Positions 37,905 through 47,834 of a stretch of 48,048 nt of DNA are shown here, one piece after another; the first letter of the stretch is position 1, and each line of letters begins with the position of its first letter. The stretch is from Candidatus Lindowbacteria bacterium RIFCSPLOWO2_12_FULL_62_27 (lineage in GTDB: Bacteria > Lindowbacteria > 2-12-FULL-62-27), in NCBI GenBank assembly GCA_001784175.1, contig MFPR01000027.1:45167-93214 (forward strand), given 5' to 3'. The notes under the pieces are model-generated. The model saw only the letters and a program-made list of their open reading frames with translations. It was not told the origin of the DNA and did no database searches. Position numbers and translations under genes: made by a program.

Positions 37905-38612
37905 CTAAACCATCAACCCAAACACAAGATAGTCCTTCGCCTTTCGGGCCAAGGCATCCTTACGCTTTTGCCAATCGGGCACGGCACGGCCCAATGCCTT
38001 CCAAAATTCAGGCCCGTGATGGCCTTCCCGCAGGTGAACGAGTTCGTGCAGGATGATGTAGTCCACGAGCCGGACCGGGAGTTGGAGGACTTTCCAGTTG
38101 AAATACAAAATATCGTTCTTGCCGCACGAGCCCCAGCGAAATCCGAGGTCACGAACTTCAATCCGGGGCGGATTGCTTGCGGCACGGCTCGAAAGGCGTT
38201 CGACCCGGCGGCGAATCCAGTCCGTACCCGTCTCCACATACCAGCGCCGGAAATGCTCCTCGGCGGGCCGGGCATCCCGGCGAAGCATGAACCGGTTGCC
38301 ATCGAAGTGAAGCGGACGCTCCTGCTTTTCCACAACCTTGAGTCCGAACCGGCGACCCAGATAACAGAATGCCTCGCCTGAAACGTATTCGGGAGCCTGC
38401 AACTTGGGCACAGCCTCTTCCTTCAACGCCAGCTTGCGATGCACCCAGAGCAACTTCCGATTGGTCCACCGGGCCAGCTCCACAGCATCGGCCTTCGCGG
38501 GAGCATGAACCACCAACTCGCCGCCTCGATCCACGGTCAAACCGAGAGTCTTGCGGCGAACACTTCGGCGCACCTCAAAGACCAACCCGCCGACCTCCAG
38601 CGTCTCGGTCAT
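37905..38612 (-). CDS. YgjP/DUF45 (M48/SprT-like) metal-dependent hydrolase (system 2)
   Basis: RRSVRRKTLGLTV, YVSGEAFCYLGR, RWGSC, DYIILHELVHL, HGPEFW. Confidence 0.9.
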   Translation of the reverse strand: MTETLEVGGLVFEVRRSVRRKTLGLTVDRGGELVVHAPAKADAVELARWTNRKLLWVHRKLALKEEAVPKLQAPEYVSGEAFCYLGRRFGLKVVEKQERPLHFDGNRFMLRRDARPAEEHFRRWYVETGTDWIRRRVERLSSRAASNPPRIEVRDLGFRWGSCGKNDILYFNWKVLQLPVRLVDYIILHELVHLREGHHGPEFWKALGRAVPDWQKRKDALARKAKDYLVFGLMV

Positions 38613-41600
38613 GAGCGGGTCAGGTATTCGTGATTCTCGCGCGCCAAGGCCACGAGGCGTTGCGCAAGATCGCGTTCGCCGCCGGCCCGGCAGATTCCGG
38701 CGCGGTCGATGTCGCGAACCAACGTCCGCGTCAACAGTTCCCGCATGTCGTCATTCTTCCAGAATCCGACCTTGCGTACTTCCTGGCGAACGCGGTCCAC
38801 CATCTCCAGCGTGGCCGAGAGTGCGGTCGTTCGCTGCGCTTCGGTCAGTTCACGCCCTTTGCCGCATTCCTCCAGAACGAGACGGACGAACGGCACTTGC
38901 ACTTTCGGGTCAAGGTCGGGGAATTCGTTGCGGTCGCCGCGCCGCAACTCGTCGATGAACTTTCGGAGCTCCCTCTCCAGCGCATCCCAATCATCTTTAA
39001 ACCGCCGAAGAATTTCCTCCAACTTCTCGCTCATCTTCCGGGCATAGGCCGGATTCTGATTGGTAAAGCCGATGATGTGATAGCGCGCGGCGTGCTGCAT
39101 CTGCGCCGCGCGGGCGCGGCTGTTGGACTGGCCTTGGAGCACTTTCTCAAATTCCGCGTCGGTGATGGCCGTCGGCGGAATCTTCGGGTCAACGCCCCGG
39201 GCGGAGATGTGCGCATAGATGAGCGCCTTCACCTTCTCCGCCACGCCCAGAAGATTGAGCGCGGGGTCGCGATAGAGGTTGGCCGCAACCTTGTTGATGA
39301 ATCCAAGCAACTTGGCGTCTCGGAACACGGACGTCGGTACTTCCGGGCGGTGCTCCAGCAGGCCCAGCATTTCGTAAAACATCCGCAGTTTGTTGATAAA
39401 ATCGGCGCGAATCTTCAGATCTTCGAGCATCTGCACGCACACATCCACTTGGCCCTGCAAATCCGTCACGCCCCGGTCGGTGAACACCGCGACGGCCCGC
39501 GCCCGCCGGTCGAGCAGTTTCGGCAATTCGACGTTGATGTCGATCAATGCGCACTCGATATCCTCGCCGTCGTAATCCTTCAGCGCATCGTTCAAATGGC
39601 GGGCCACGCCGATGTAGTCCACCACGTAACCGCATTTCTTCTGTCCGGAAGTCCGGTTCACCCTGGCGATGGCTTGCAATAGATCGTGCGCGACGACTTT
39701 CCTGTCAAGGTACAGCACCTGCTCCACCGGCGCGTCGAATCCCGTGAGCAGCATGTTCATCACCACGAGAATCGAAAGCGGGTCGGTCTTGTCCGTTTTT
39801 GCCGCGCCGAATTTCCGTTTGAACCGCTTGATCACATCTTCCTGCTTGTCCTTGTCCGACCACTCCCACCATGACTCCGGGTCGTTGTGGTTGCCGGAAA
39901 AAACGGCCGCAATCTCCATCGCGCGCAGTTTGGGCAGTTGCGGATGGGTTTGTACCAGAAAGCGCGTCTTTGCATCGAGCTTGACGAGTTCGTCATCGGA
40001 GAGCGCCAGCGTTGCAGCGGGCACGGCTTCCAGTTCCGCGACCAGTTCATTCCGCGCCTGCGCCAATTTGTCGATATAGGTCATGACCGCCGGGCGGCTG
40101 GTGGCCACGACCTGCGCCTTGAATCCCTCGGGCAACACCACGCCGGCGTAATGCCGGATCATGTCGCGCGCCTTTTGCTCGATGAGCATGGGCGCTTCGA
40201 TCACGTCGCCCTCGGTCGCGTACTTGGCTTTGATGAGCGCCAGTTCGTCGGGGGTGTAATCGCGGAACATGTCCTCAAACACCGCGTCGAGGCTGGGCGC
40301 ATCCTTCACGATGCCGTCCGCCGTCCGGCCCTCGTAGAGAATCGGCACGGTCGCGCCGTCCAGTTCCGCGTCCTGGAGGATGTATTTGTCAATGAAGTCG
40401 CCGAATATCTCGCGGGTCTCCTTCTTTTCACTGCTCAAGATCGGCGTGCCGGTGAATCCGATGACGGCGGCGTTCGGCAGGGCCCGGCGCAGGTTGCGGT
40501 GCAGGGTGCGCGTGTGCGACCGGTGCGCCTCGTCCACCAGCACGAGGATTTCCTCCGAGTCGTTGAGCTGTGGAAACTCCTCGAAGCGGATGTTCTCCGT
40601 GAAGGTGACTTCCTTCCCGACGACCTCTTCGTGCTTGCCCGGTTTCTTTTCCTTGCGGACGATCGTCATCGCCACCTTGTCGTCAGGGCGGCTGCCCGCC
40701 TGCGGCAGAACGGCGAGGCTTTTACCGTCGGTCCTGCCGCCCACCGGTTGATACTTTTGCAGCATCGCCATGACGATGTCCGGCGTGCGCTCGCTCAAGA
40801 GCCGCTGGGTTAACGCCGTCGGCGACTCGCGCGATCTCAAATCCTCGTCCGTCGGCCGCACCGATTCCCCGCTCAACCGCGCCGTCGCGCCAAGCTGGTC
40901 CTGCAAATCCGTGCGGTCGGTCACGACGACAATCTTGAAACGGTTCAGGCGCGGCATCATCCGCATCTTTCGAACGAGGAAGACCATGCTAAGGCTCTTG
41001 CCCGACCCTTGCGTGTGCCAGACGATGCCCCCGCGCTCGTCGCGGTCCGCTCCCCGCGCTTTCGTTCGGCCTTCCTGCAATTTTTTCACCGCCTTATGGA
41101 TGGCGCGGAACTGCTGGTATCGCGCCACCACCTTGCGCGTCTTGCCGTCCACCTGCTGGAACAGCGTAAAGTTGCGGATGAGGTCGAGCAGATGCGCCGG
41201 GCGCAACATGCCGGCGGCGAGAATCTGCTGGCTTTGGAGCGTAGCGCCCTGCCCGCGCAAGGCGGCGGGCCGTTGCTCCGGTTTACGGAAGAAGAGCGGC
41301 GTGCCGACGCGGTCGCCTTGTTCCTGTCCGAGCGTGGCCAGTTCCTGCGCGGCTTCCGTCGTGTCGGCGGACCGGGGCAACACGCCGAGTTCCTCCGCCA
41401 CTGTGCCGAGCGGCACGGGACTGGTATCCGCCCATTCCAGATACGCCTCCGGCGGCGCGCCGACCGTGGCCGCGCGCGCTTCGAAGAGATTGCTGGCGAT
41501 GAGCAATTGGTTCGTGTGAAAGAGCCGCTCGACGCCCTCGTTTTCGGTGTAGAGCGTGGGAAATAATTCCTTGCGCTGATTCGTGTAACGCAGGAGCTGG

Positions 41601-42142
41601 TTGATGGCCTCCTGCAACGGATTTTGGATGCCGGGACTTTTGAATTCCGCCACCGCCACCGGGATGCCGTTCACGAACAGAACCGCGTCCGGAATGACGT
41701 GACCGCGGCCGCTGGTCAACTCCACCTTGAACTGGTTGATGACGAGAAAATCATTGTTGGCCGGGTTCTCGAAATCAATGAACCGCACCGGCTGGTTGCG
41801 CCCGAAATTCCAATCCGGCAGACCGTCAATCTCCGTTCCCTTGAGCAGCATCCGGGTCGCCGACTCGTTGACTTCCATCAGGCGATGGCCCTCGGCCTTC
41901 TCCAGCTTTTCGATGATACGGCGGATGCGGTCATCATCAAGCCACGTCTGGCCGTCTTTGCCCAGATTGAGCTTCCGCAGCGCTGCGGCGAGCCGCCCTT
42001 TGAGCAACACCTCGCGGAAGTTGGCGCGCTCGGTGAATTCCGCCACGTCCGTGTCGCCCTCAATCCACTGCCAGCCCATCGCCTTGAGCTGTTCGCAAAA
42101 AGGGCGCTCGACGAGATCGTATTCCCATTGGACTTTGCTCAT
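38609..42142 (-). CDS. hsdR: Type I restriction endonuclease subunit R (system 2)
   Basis: IPDAVLFVNGIPVAVAEFK, WHTQGSGKS, LVDEAHRS, GFTGTP, MLLTGFDAP, LLQAIARVNR. Confidence 0.96.
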   Translation of the reverse strand: MSKVQWEYDLVERPFCEQLKAMGWQWIEGDTDVAEFTERANFREVLLKGRLAAALRKLNLGKDGQTWLDDDRIRRIIEKLEKAEGHRLMEVNESATRMLLKGTEIDGLPDWNFGRNQPVRFIDFENPANNDFLVINQFKVELTSGRGHVIPDAVLFVNGIPVAVAEFKSPGIQNPLQEAINQLLRYTNQRKELFPTLYTENEGVERLFHTNQLLIASNLFEARAATVGAPPEAYLEWADTSPVPLGTVAEELGVLPRSADTTEAAQELATLGQEQGDRVGTPLFFRKPEQRPAALRGQGATLQSQQILAAGMLRPAHLLDLIRNFTLFQQVDGKTRKVVARYQQFRAIHKAVKKLQEGRTKARGADRDERGGIVWHTQGSGKSLSMVFLVRKMRMMPRLNRFKIVVVTDRTDLQDQLGATARLSGESVRPTDEDLRSRESPTALTQRLLSERTPDIVMAMLQKYQPVGGRTDGKSLAVLPQAGSRPDDKVAMTIVRKEKKPGKHEEVVGKEVTFTENIRFEEFPQLNDSEEILVLVDEAHRSHTRTLHRNLRRALPNAAVIGFTGTPILSSEKKETREIFGDFIDKYILQDAELDGATVPILYEGRTADGIVKDAPSLDAVFEDMFRDYTPDELALIKAKYATEGDVIEAPMLIEQKARDMIRHYAGVVLPEGFKAQVVATSRPAVMTYIDKLAQARNELVAELEAVPAATLALSDDELVKLDAKTRFLVQTHPQLPKLRAMEIAAVFSGNHNDPESWWEWSDKDKQEDVIKRFKRKFGAAKTDKTDPLSILVVMNMLLTGFDAPVEQVLYLDRKVVAHDLLQAIARVNRTSGQKKCGYVVDYIGVARHLNDALKDYDGEDIECALIDINVELPKLLDRRARAVAVFTDRGVTDLQGQVDVCVQMLEDLKIRADFINKLRMFYEMLGLLEHRPEVPTSVFRDAKLLGFINKVAANLYRDPALNLLGVAEKVKALIYAHISARGVDPKIPPTAITDAEFEKVLQGQSNSRARAAQMQHAARYHIIGFTNQNPAYARKMSEKLEEILRRFKDDWDALERELRKFIDELRRGDRNEFPDLDPKVQVPFVRLVLEECGKGRELTEAQRTTALSATLEMVDRVRQEVRKVGFWKNDDMRELLTRTLVRDIDRAGICRAGGERDLAQRLVALARENHEYLTRS

Positions 42143-43359
42143 GGCGTGGCTCCGATCGTTTCCGGCACGCGGACGCGGCCGGTGAGCAGGTCGGTCATCA
42201 GGCCGGATTTCAGGTCACGGAGCTTGGAGAATTCGCGCATTGTCGCTACAATCTCACGATCAATTGTATCAAGTGCATCGGAAATCTTCGTTTGCTCGGC
42301 AGGTGGTGGGATTCTCAGCGGAACAAATTCCAGATTGCGTTGTGTGAGCTTGGGTTGAGCTGAGCCAAGCAGCCAAGGGACGTAGTCCTGCGCCTCCAGA
42401 ATTGTGGCCAAGAAACGAACATCTGTGGTTGGTAGTGGCTCAAAAATGTGAGCGTGATTGTTTACCCAGAACTTACCGGAAGCGATAAAGGCCAAAGGTA
42501 ATTGGCGCGAACGTAGATTCTCGCCGTCCTCTCCGATGAGAACGAAATCTCCGTCAAACAGATAGTCATCAATGAAATCAATTACGCCCGACGCGCCGTA
42601 GTATGGATATATACCGTGCCTCGTATCTCGGTCACCCTGCTTTAACGGCACTCGGCGAGCGTCTCGATTGTTAGCCAAGGCTGAAACATTTCTGACGATC
42701 CACTCGCTGGGGATGCGGCCAATGGGGGAGTCTTGGAATTGTTCGGGGTGGGCGATGGGGTCGCGGAGTTGGCCGTTTTGGTCGAGGCCGCGGGTGAGGA
42801 GGTCGTGGAGCAGGCCGGCGCGCACCTGCCGCAGTTTCGCAATCACCGCCTCCGTCTTCGCGATCGCTTCGTCCACCGTGTCCAGCACAGCCGTGATGCG
42901 CCACCGCTCCTCCTTCTCTGGACAGAAAACACTAATGCGCCGAACGTCACTTTCATTGACCGCTGGATAGCTTGACCCTGTTTCGAGGGCGCGAAGCTGT
43001 GTTGCAACTGAGTCACCAAAGATTTGGTGAAAGACAAAACCGGAGTCCCCGGATAAGTTGGGCCGCAAAACGGCGAAGCCTGTCGAACCAACGAGCGGAG
43101 CATCTGCTTCTTGGCGGATTCTTGCATGCGCTTGTAGGCCCGGTCGGACAGTGCAGAGCAAAACGTCTCCCGAACGCAACCGCCTCCGCGCCCGGCTCGG
43201 AGCGTTCGCATATTTCCACAGTTGCGTTGCCGACCAATCAACTTGGCCTTTCGTCACAGCCGAGATGTCGAGATATCGGAACTCCATGTCCATCGGAGTG
43301 GCGGCACCGAGAGCCTCCGGGTTGATGCTACAAAGGGAGTCGAGAGTTTGCGTGCTCAT
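42139..43359 (-). CDS. hsdS: Type I RM specificity subunit S (system 2)
   Basis: APSRARR..RSGDVL TRD1, YPYYGASG..WVNNHAH TRD2, conserved I.AVLDTVDEAI...GLLHDLLTRG and EQ..I..LD.ID...GLMTDLLTGRVRV repeats. Confidence 0.93.
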   Translation of the reverse strand: MSTQTLDSLCSINPEALGAATPMDMEFRYLDISAVTKGQVDWSATQLWKYANAPSRARRRLRSGDVLLCTVRPGLQAHARIRQEADAPLVGSTGFAVLRPNLSGDSGFVFHQIFGDSVATQLRALETGSSYPAVNESDVRRISVFCPEKEERWRITAVLDTVDEAIAKTEAVIAKLRQVRAGLLHDLLTRGLDQNGQLRDPIAHPEQFQDSPIGRIPSEWIVRNVSALANNRDARRVPLKQGDRDTRHGIYPYYGASGVIDFIDDYLFDGDFVLIGEDGENLRSRQLPLAFIASGKFWVNNHAHIFEPLPTTDVRFLATILEAQDYVPWLLGSAQPKLTQRNLEFVPLRIPPPAEQTKISDALDTIDREIVATMREFSKLRDLKSGLMTDLLTGRVRVPETIGATP

Positions 43360-45962
43360 GCGTAGCTCAGTTGCTTGAGAAACTCGCTCAGGCTCGTCTC
43401 AACTCCGGTGCGGTCGCCTCGCAGTTGGGCCAGCGTCACCCGATACTTGTCCCACAACCCCTCGATGTATCGAACCAACTCCTGCCGCTTCTCGGCCACG
43501 GCGGCGTCGAGACCGGCTTGCACGTCCTGCTCGAACAGTTCGAGTACGAGCGCGCGCTTCTGATCGCCGTTCAGCGCGGCACAGCGGGACTTGAGTTCGT
43601 TCACGAACTCGTTGGTCAGGGTGCGGTACCGCACGCGAGCTTCGGAGAGCTGTTCCTTGATTTGTTCGTAAGGCGCAAGAGTCTCTGCGTACGCCGCCAG
43701 TTGGTCGAGCACCGGCTGGAGCGCGGCTTTCGCATCGGAGGCGTCGCGCTTGTCCTCGGTCGTGGCGCGGGGCCTGTCGGCGGCGCGTTCCAGTTTGGCG
43801 AGTGTCTTGAGCGCATCCCTGTTTTCAGTTTTGAGTTCGCGCATCTGCCGGTCGATGTCCTTGGCGTAGTTCCAGTCGGCTTGTTCCTCCTCGTCGAGAT
43901 CGTCGGGCGCGTTGCTCTGCTCGAAGGATTCCTTCTCGCCCTTGAGCCGGGCGACGTCGGCCTTGGCGGCGGCGATGCGTTCGAGGTAGTCGCTCATGGT
44001 GCGGCGGACGAGTTTGTGGCCGAAGGGGTCGAAGGCCGGGCCGGCGGCTTCGTCGTCCTCTACCGCATCGGCGATGGCATCCACCCAGCCGTCGATCACA
44101 CCGGGGAATCCGTTTTCGAGCAGGGTCTTGAAGTCGGACAGCGTGTCGGTCCACCAAGTGGCGATGACGCCCGAGAGTTTGAATCGGTCCAGCGTGTTCG
44201 GCGGCAGGAGCGCTTCGACGAAGGTCTCGAGGAACTCGGCGCGGACGCGATTGAGGTCGCGACGACGCGGCAGGTTGGCGAGGCGGGGCGAGTGTTCCGC
44301 CCACCATTCGGCAAGGCGGCGGCGCACCGCCACCAAACACGCCTGAACGCCGGGATCGTTCTCGACCAGCGGGCGAATGGCGGCGCGGTCGGGAAGCGCG
44401 GCGGCGAAGTCGAGATAAGCGGGATCATTCTCGCGCCTGGCGAAGGCGTGGGACGAGTTGAATCCGAGCGCATCAAAGAGCGGGCGCTTGTCCGTCACTT
44501 CGGCCGCGGGCACGCCGCCGAGCAGGTGAGCACGCACGTCGTGCGGCTCGGGCGGCGGCGAGTTGTCCACGTACCGGCGGATGTTGAGATTGAAATCATT
44601 GGCGTCGCCGGCGATTTCAGTGATGGGAACGACGCGGGCATAGCCGGGGATGTCCTGGTAGCGGTCGAAGGTGGAGACGATTTTCTCGATGTGTTCCGGC
44701 CGGAGATAGTTTTGCGCGCGGCCGGCATGAAACTCGGCGTCGGCATTGATGAAAAGCACCCGGCCGCGGCGGTCGGCGGGCTTGTTCGGATTCGGCGCTC
44801 GGCCGGTGAGGTTCGGGCGCATTACGAGAATGCAGGCCGGGATGCCGGCGCCGTAGAACAGATTTTGCGGCAGACCGATCACGGCTTCGATGAGATCCTC
44901 TTCGAGAAACTTTTTCCGGATTTCCTTTTCCGCCCCGCCGCGAAAGAGCACGCCATGGGGCATGACGGTGGCAACCATGCCGCCGTTTTTGCAGACGGCG
45001 AGCATGTGCTGGGCGAACATGAGGTCGCCCTTCTTGCCCGAGGTCGGACACCATCCCCAGCGAAACCGCTCGGGAAATTCCATATTGGTGCGGGTGTAAT
45101 TCTGGCTGAAGGGCGGATTGGCGATGACGCGGTCGAAGCGTTCAAGTTCCCCGGCATCGCGGTGCTGGGGATGGAGCAGAGTATCTTGCAACTGAATGTC
45201 CGCGCCGGGCACGCCGTGCAGAAGCATATTCAACCGGCAGATGGACCATGCGGAGGCGTCGTTGACCTGGCCGCAGAGGCGGAGGTTGGTGGGATCGCCG
45301 CCGGATTGCTCGATGAACTCGCGGCTGATGATGAGCATGCCGCCCGATCCGCAAGTGGGATCATAGACGCTCATGCCCGGCGCGGGCTTGAGGATGCGCA
45401 CCATGAGCCGGATGACGTCGCGCGGCGTATAGAAATCGCCGCCCTTCTTTCCCGCCGACTCGGCGAACATGTTGATGAGAAATTCGTAAGCCGCGCCGAG
45501 CAGGTCGGAAAACTGGAAATCCTCATTACGCAGGCGGTGGCGGGTAAAATGCCGGACGAGGTCCTTGCAGGCGTCATCAGACAGAATGCGCTTGTTGCCC
45601 TGGGTACGCAGGAATTGGATATGATCGAGGACGTGTTCGAGGGATTCATTCGCTTCGCTCAAAGCGCCCAGCGCCTTATCGAGGACGCTGCCGTAAACCA
45701 CGGTGCCGTCGTTGAGTTTGTCCTGGAGGAATTGCCACCTGGCGATCTCGGGAACAAAGAAACCGTCGTAGTAGTCCGGTTTCTCGCGATTACGCTCCGG
45801 AAGTTTCTCCCGATCCGCCTCAAAGACATCGGAGCAACGCTTTAGAAAGAGCATTCCAAAGATGTAATCTTTGTAGGTGGCGGCATCGAGGCCCTCCTGC
45901 CGCAGCCGGTCGGCGGCCGAGTACAGGTGACGTTCGAGTTTAGCAAGAGAAAGACGTGGCAT
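43356..45962 (-). CDS. hsdM: Type I RM methyltransferase subunit M (system 2, N6-adenine)
   Basis: LSLAKLERHLYSAADRLR, GGDFYTP, YDPTCGSGG, IANPPF, MPHGVLFRGG, long coiled-coil C-terminal extension. Start at ATG 45962; the ORF-track extension to 46205 overlaps the divergent gene. Confidence 0.95.
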   Translation of the reverse strand: MPRLSLAKLERHLYSAADRLRQEGLDAATYKDYIFGMLFLKRCSDVFEADREKLPERNREKPDYYDGFFVPEIARWQFLQDKLNDGTVVYGSVLDKALGALSEANESLEHVLDHIQFLRTQGNKRILSDDACKDLVRHFTRHRLRNEDFQFSDLLGAAYEFLINMFAESAGKKGGDFYTPRDVIRLMVRILKPAPGMSVYDPTCGSGGMLIISREFIEQSGGDPTNLRLCGQVNDASAWSICRLNMLLHGVPGADIQLQDTLLHPQHRDAGELERFDRVIANPPFSQNYTRTNMEFPERFRWGWCPTSGKKGDLMFAQHMLAVCKNGGMVATVMPHGVLFRGGAEKEIRKKFLEEDLIEAVIGLPQNLFYGAGIPACILVMRPNLTGRAPNPNKPADRRGRVLFINADAEFHAGRAQNYLRPEHIEKIVSTFDRYQDIPGYARVVPITEIAGDANDFNLNIRRYVDNSPPPEPHDVRAHLLGGVPAAEVTDKRPLFDALGFNSSHAFARRENDPAYLDFAAALPDRAAIRPLVENDPGVQACLVAVRRRLAEWWAEHSPRLANLPRRRDLNRVRAEFLETFVEALLPPNTLDRFKLSGVIATWWTDTLSDFKTLLENGFPGVIDGWVDAIADAVEDDEAAGPAFDPFGHKLVRRTMSDYLERIAAAKADVARLKGEKESFEQSNAPDDLDEEEQADWNYAKDIDRQMRELKTENRDALKTLAKLERAADRPRATTEDKRDASDAKAALQPVLDQLAAYAETLAPYEQIKEQLSEARVRYRTLTNEFVNELKSRCAALNGDQKRALVLELFEQDVQAGLDAAVAEKRQELVRYIEGLWDKYRVTLAQLRGDRTGVETSLSEFLKQLSYA

Positions 45963-46055
45963 GGCAGGAACGATACCTTTTGGTCGGGCAAGAGGGCAAC
46001 GGGATAAATTCTTCTCGCTTGAATAAATTCGAGGTTCGATATAATTTCGTTTGTG

Positions 46056-46937
46056 ATGGTCAAACGAAAAAGAGAAAAGGGCAGAAAAATCAGAATACAG
46101 GAGTATAATTTTCTGTCCATAGACACAGTTTCCTCCACAGAACTTTGTTCCATCGTGGGTACGGCCCAAATCGACGCAGTCGTCCATACCTTTAATATGC
46201 TGCACGATACGTTGCTGTCGGCCATCCGCGGTCGATATGATGAATATCGCTGGTCATTTGATGGCGGACTCTGGAAACGGCGGATTGTTGACGCGCGCAT
46301 CGACGCTGAGAAAACTGTTCAAACCGGGTTTGAAATATTTCAACGAATCAATGCCATCAATAGAAAACACCGGTTGGGCAATGGGCGCGTCATTGCCCTG
46401 CGCGTCGTGGCCCATAAAGGAAAGGTAGTGTTCTCCGGCCCCACATGGGGTACCGCCTTCAGTCCGGCCCTTGGGGCGCTGGCCAAATATGAAAAACAAG
46501 CCGTGAATGGTGAAATATGGCGGTTTCATATCAGCGAAGATATTTACGAAGATTTGCCAAACAAAATCCAAAAAAAGTTTGAACTCGGTGGTGGATCCAT
46601 ATCCGAGATTGGACGAAGCGGCGGAACACGGTTTTACCAGTCTCAGCGGCTATTCGGCGGCCCTGCTCTCCGCGAAGCTCATTTACGCTTTAGGGATGGC
46701 AATCCGAGTCCGATGGGTAAGAAGAAAACAGATTCGATTAATTCAGTGGTCAAAAAGGCAAAATCTCTTATGAAAAAGAATGAGCACAGGAAAGCCTACA
46801 GGATGCTGTTGAAAGCCCATGGAACTGACCGTCTAAACAAATCTTTCTTGACACTGCTGGTCAGCATATGTAAACATCTCGGGTGGATGGCAACAGCAGG
46901 ACAGTATCAACAACTTCTGGGGTCCCGACAAGAATGA
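46056..46937 (+). CDS. Divergent class III nucleotide (adenylate/guanylate) cyclase-like protein with TPR-like C-terminal helices
   Basis: FLSIDTVSST (first Asp), WSFDGG (second Asp), LRVVAHKGKV (RxGxHxG variant), ALAKYEKQA, FHISEDIYEDL match class III cyclase motif order and spacing. TATAAT at 46040-46045 just upstream. Confidence 0.65.
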   Translation: MVKRKREKGRKIRIQEYNFLSIDTVSSTELCSIVGTAQIDAVVHTFNMLHDTLLSAIRGRYDEYRWSFDGGLWKRRIVDARIDAEKTVQTGFEIFQRINAINRKHRLGNGRVIALRVVAHKGKVVFSGPTWGTAFSPALGALAKYEKQAVNGEIWRFHISEDIYEDLPNKIQKKFELGGGSISEIGRSGGTRFYQSQRLFGGPALREAHLRFRDGNPSPMGKKKTDSINSVVKKAKSLMKKNEHRKAYRMLLKAHGTDRLNKSFLTLLVSICKHLGWMATAGQYQQLLGSRQE

Positions 46938-47770
46938 AAATGAAGAATAGACGCGCAATGGGGGGAATGCCAATACTGCGGCAGCCGAGACCGAGGAAGA
47001 CTGTTCTTATTGGGAGCAAAAAAATCGGTAGCGGCCCCACACGGATCATCTGCGTCGTGGGTGGAAAGTCTGCCCTGAAGGATGCCCTGACGGCCAAGAG
47101 ACAGGGTGCGGACATATTAGAGGCCAGGGTGGATTTGTGGGACAACCCAGGTCAGGCAAAAACCGACCTCCGCGAACTCAGAAAAATGAAAATACTGCCT
47201 ATTATCGCAACGGTCCGGCGCGTCCAAGAGGGCGGATTTTGGCCGGAGAATGAAGAGATAGATAGAAAGAATTTTTTAGGGGAAATTATCGATGAGGAGC
47301 TTGCGGATTGCATCGACATCGAACTCAACGCCACCAAAATCCGTACGGCCATTCTGCAATTGTGCAAGAGGAATGAGATTGCCACGATCGTGTCTTACCA
47401 TGATTTCGTAGGGACGCCGTCTTCGTCCCAACTCTCAAAAATCATTGACCGGATAAACCGAACAGGCGCGGACATTATTAAAGTGGCGGTCATGGCCAAT
47501 AGCCGGGAAGATGTCCATCAAGTCATACGGCTGACGGAAAAATATGCAAAAAAGCTCAGGCCCATGGTGATGATTTCGATGGGCGAGCTGGGTCGACCCA
47601 CGCGCGTCATGGCGGGTCTTTTTGGATCGTCCATGACGTATGGTTATTGCAGTGCCCAACCCATGGCGCCGGGCCAAGTGCCAGTTACTGAATTGAAAAA
47701 AGCTTTGCAAATGTCCCCCAACAATATTTCCGGACAGGTTCGTTTCTCTGATTTAGCCGCGGTTCTCTAA
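46934..47770 (+). CDS. aroD: Type I 3-dehydroquinate dehydratase
   Basis: ADILEARVD, IIATVRR..EGG, IDIEL, IVSYHDF..TP (catalytic His), GADIIKVAVM (Schiff-base Lys), ISMGELG..TR, APGQ; ATGA overlap with the cyclase-like gene. Confidence 0.92.
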   Translation: MKMKNRRAMGGMPILRQPRPRKTVLIGSKKIGSGPTRIICVVGGKSALKDALTAKRQGADILEARVDLWDNPGQAKTDLRELRKMKILPIIATVRRVQEGGFWPENEEIDRKNFLGEIIDEELADCIDIELNATKIRTAILQLCKRNEIATIVSYHDFVGTPSSSQLSKIIDRINRTGADIIKVAVMANSREDVHQVIRLTEKYAKKLRPMVMISMGELGRPTRVMAGLFGSSMTYGYCSAQPMAPGQVPVTELKKALQMSPNNISGQVRFSDLAAVL

Positions 47771-47804
47771 ATTCCGACAACTCCCACCCGCAAAAACTGG
47801 GTTG

Positions 47805-47834
47805 GGCAGCCTATATGGCCGCCTTTTTATTTTT
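47805..47834 (+). terminator. Possible intrinsic terminator after aroD
   Basis: GGCAGCC-TATAT-GGCCGCC stem (one mismatch) followed by a T-rich run. Confidence 0.4.
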
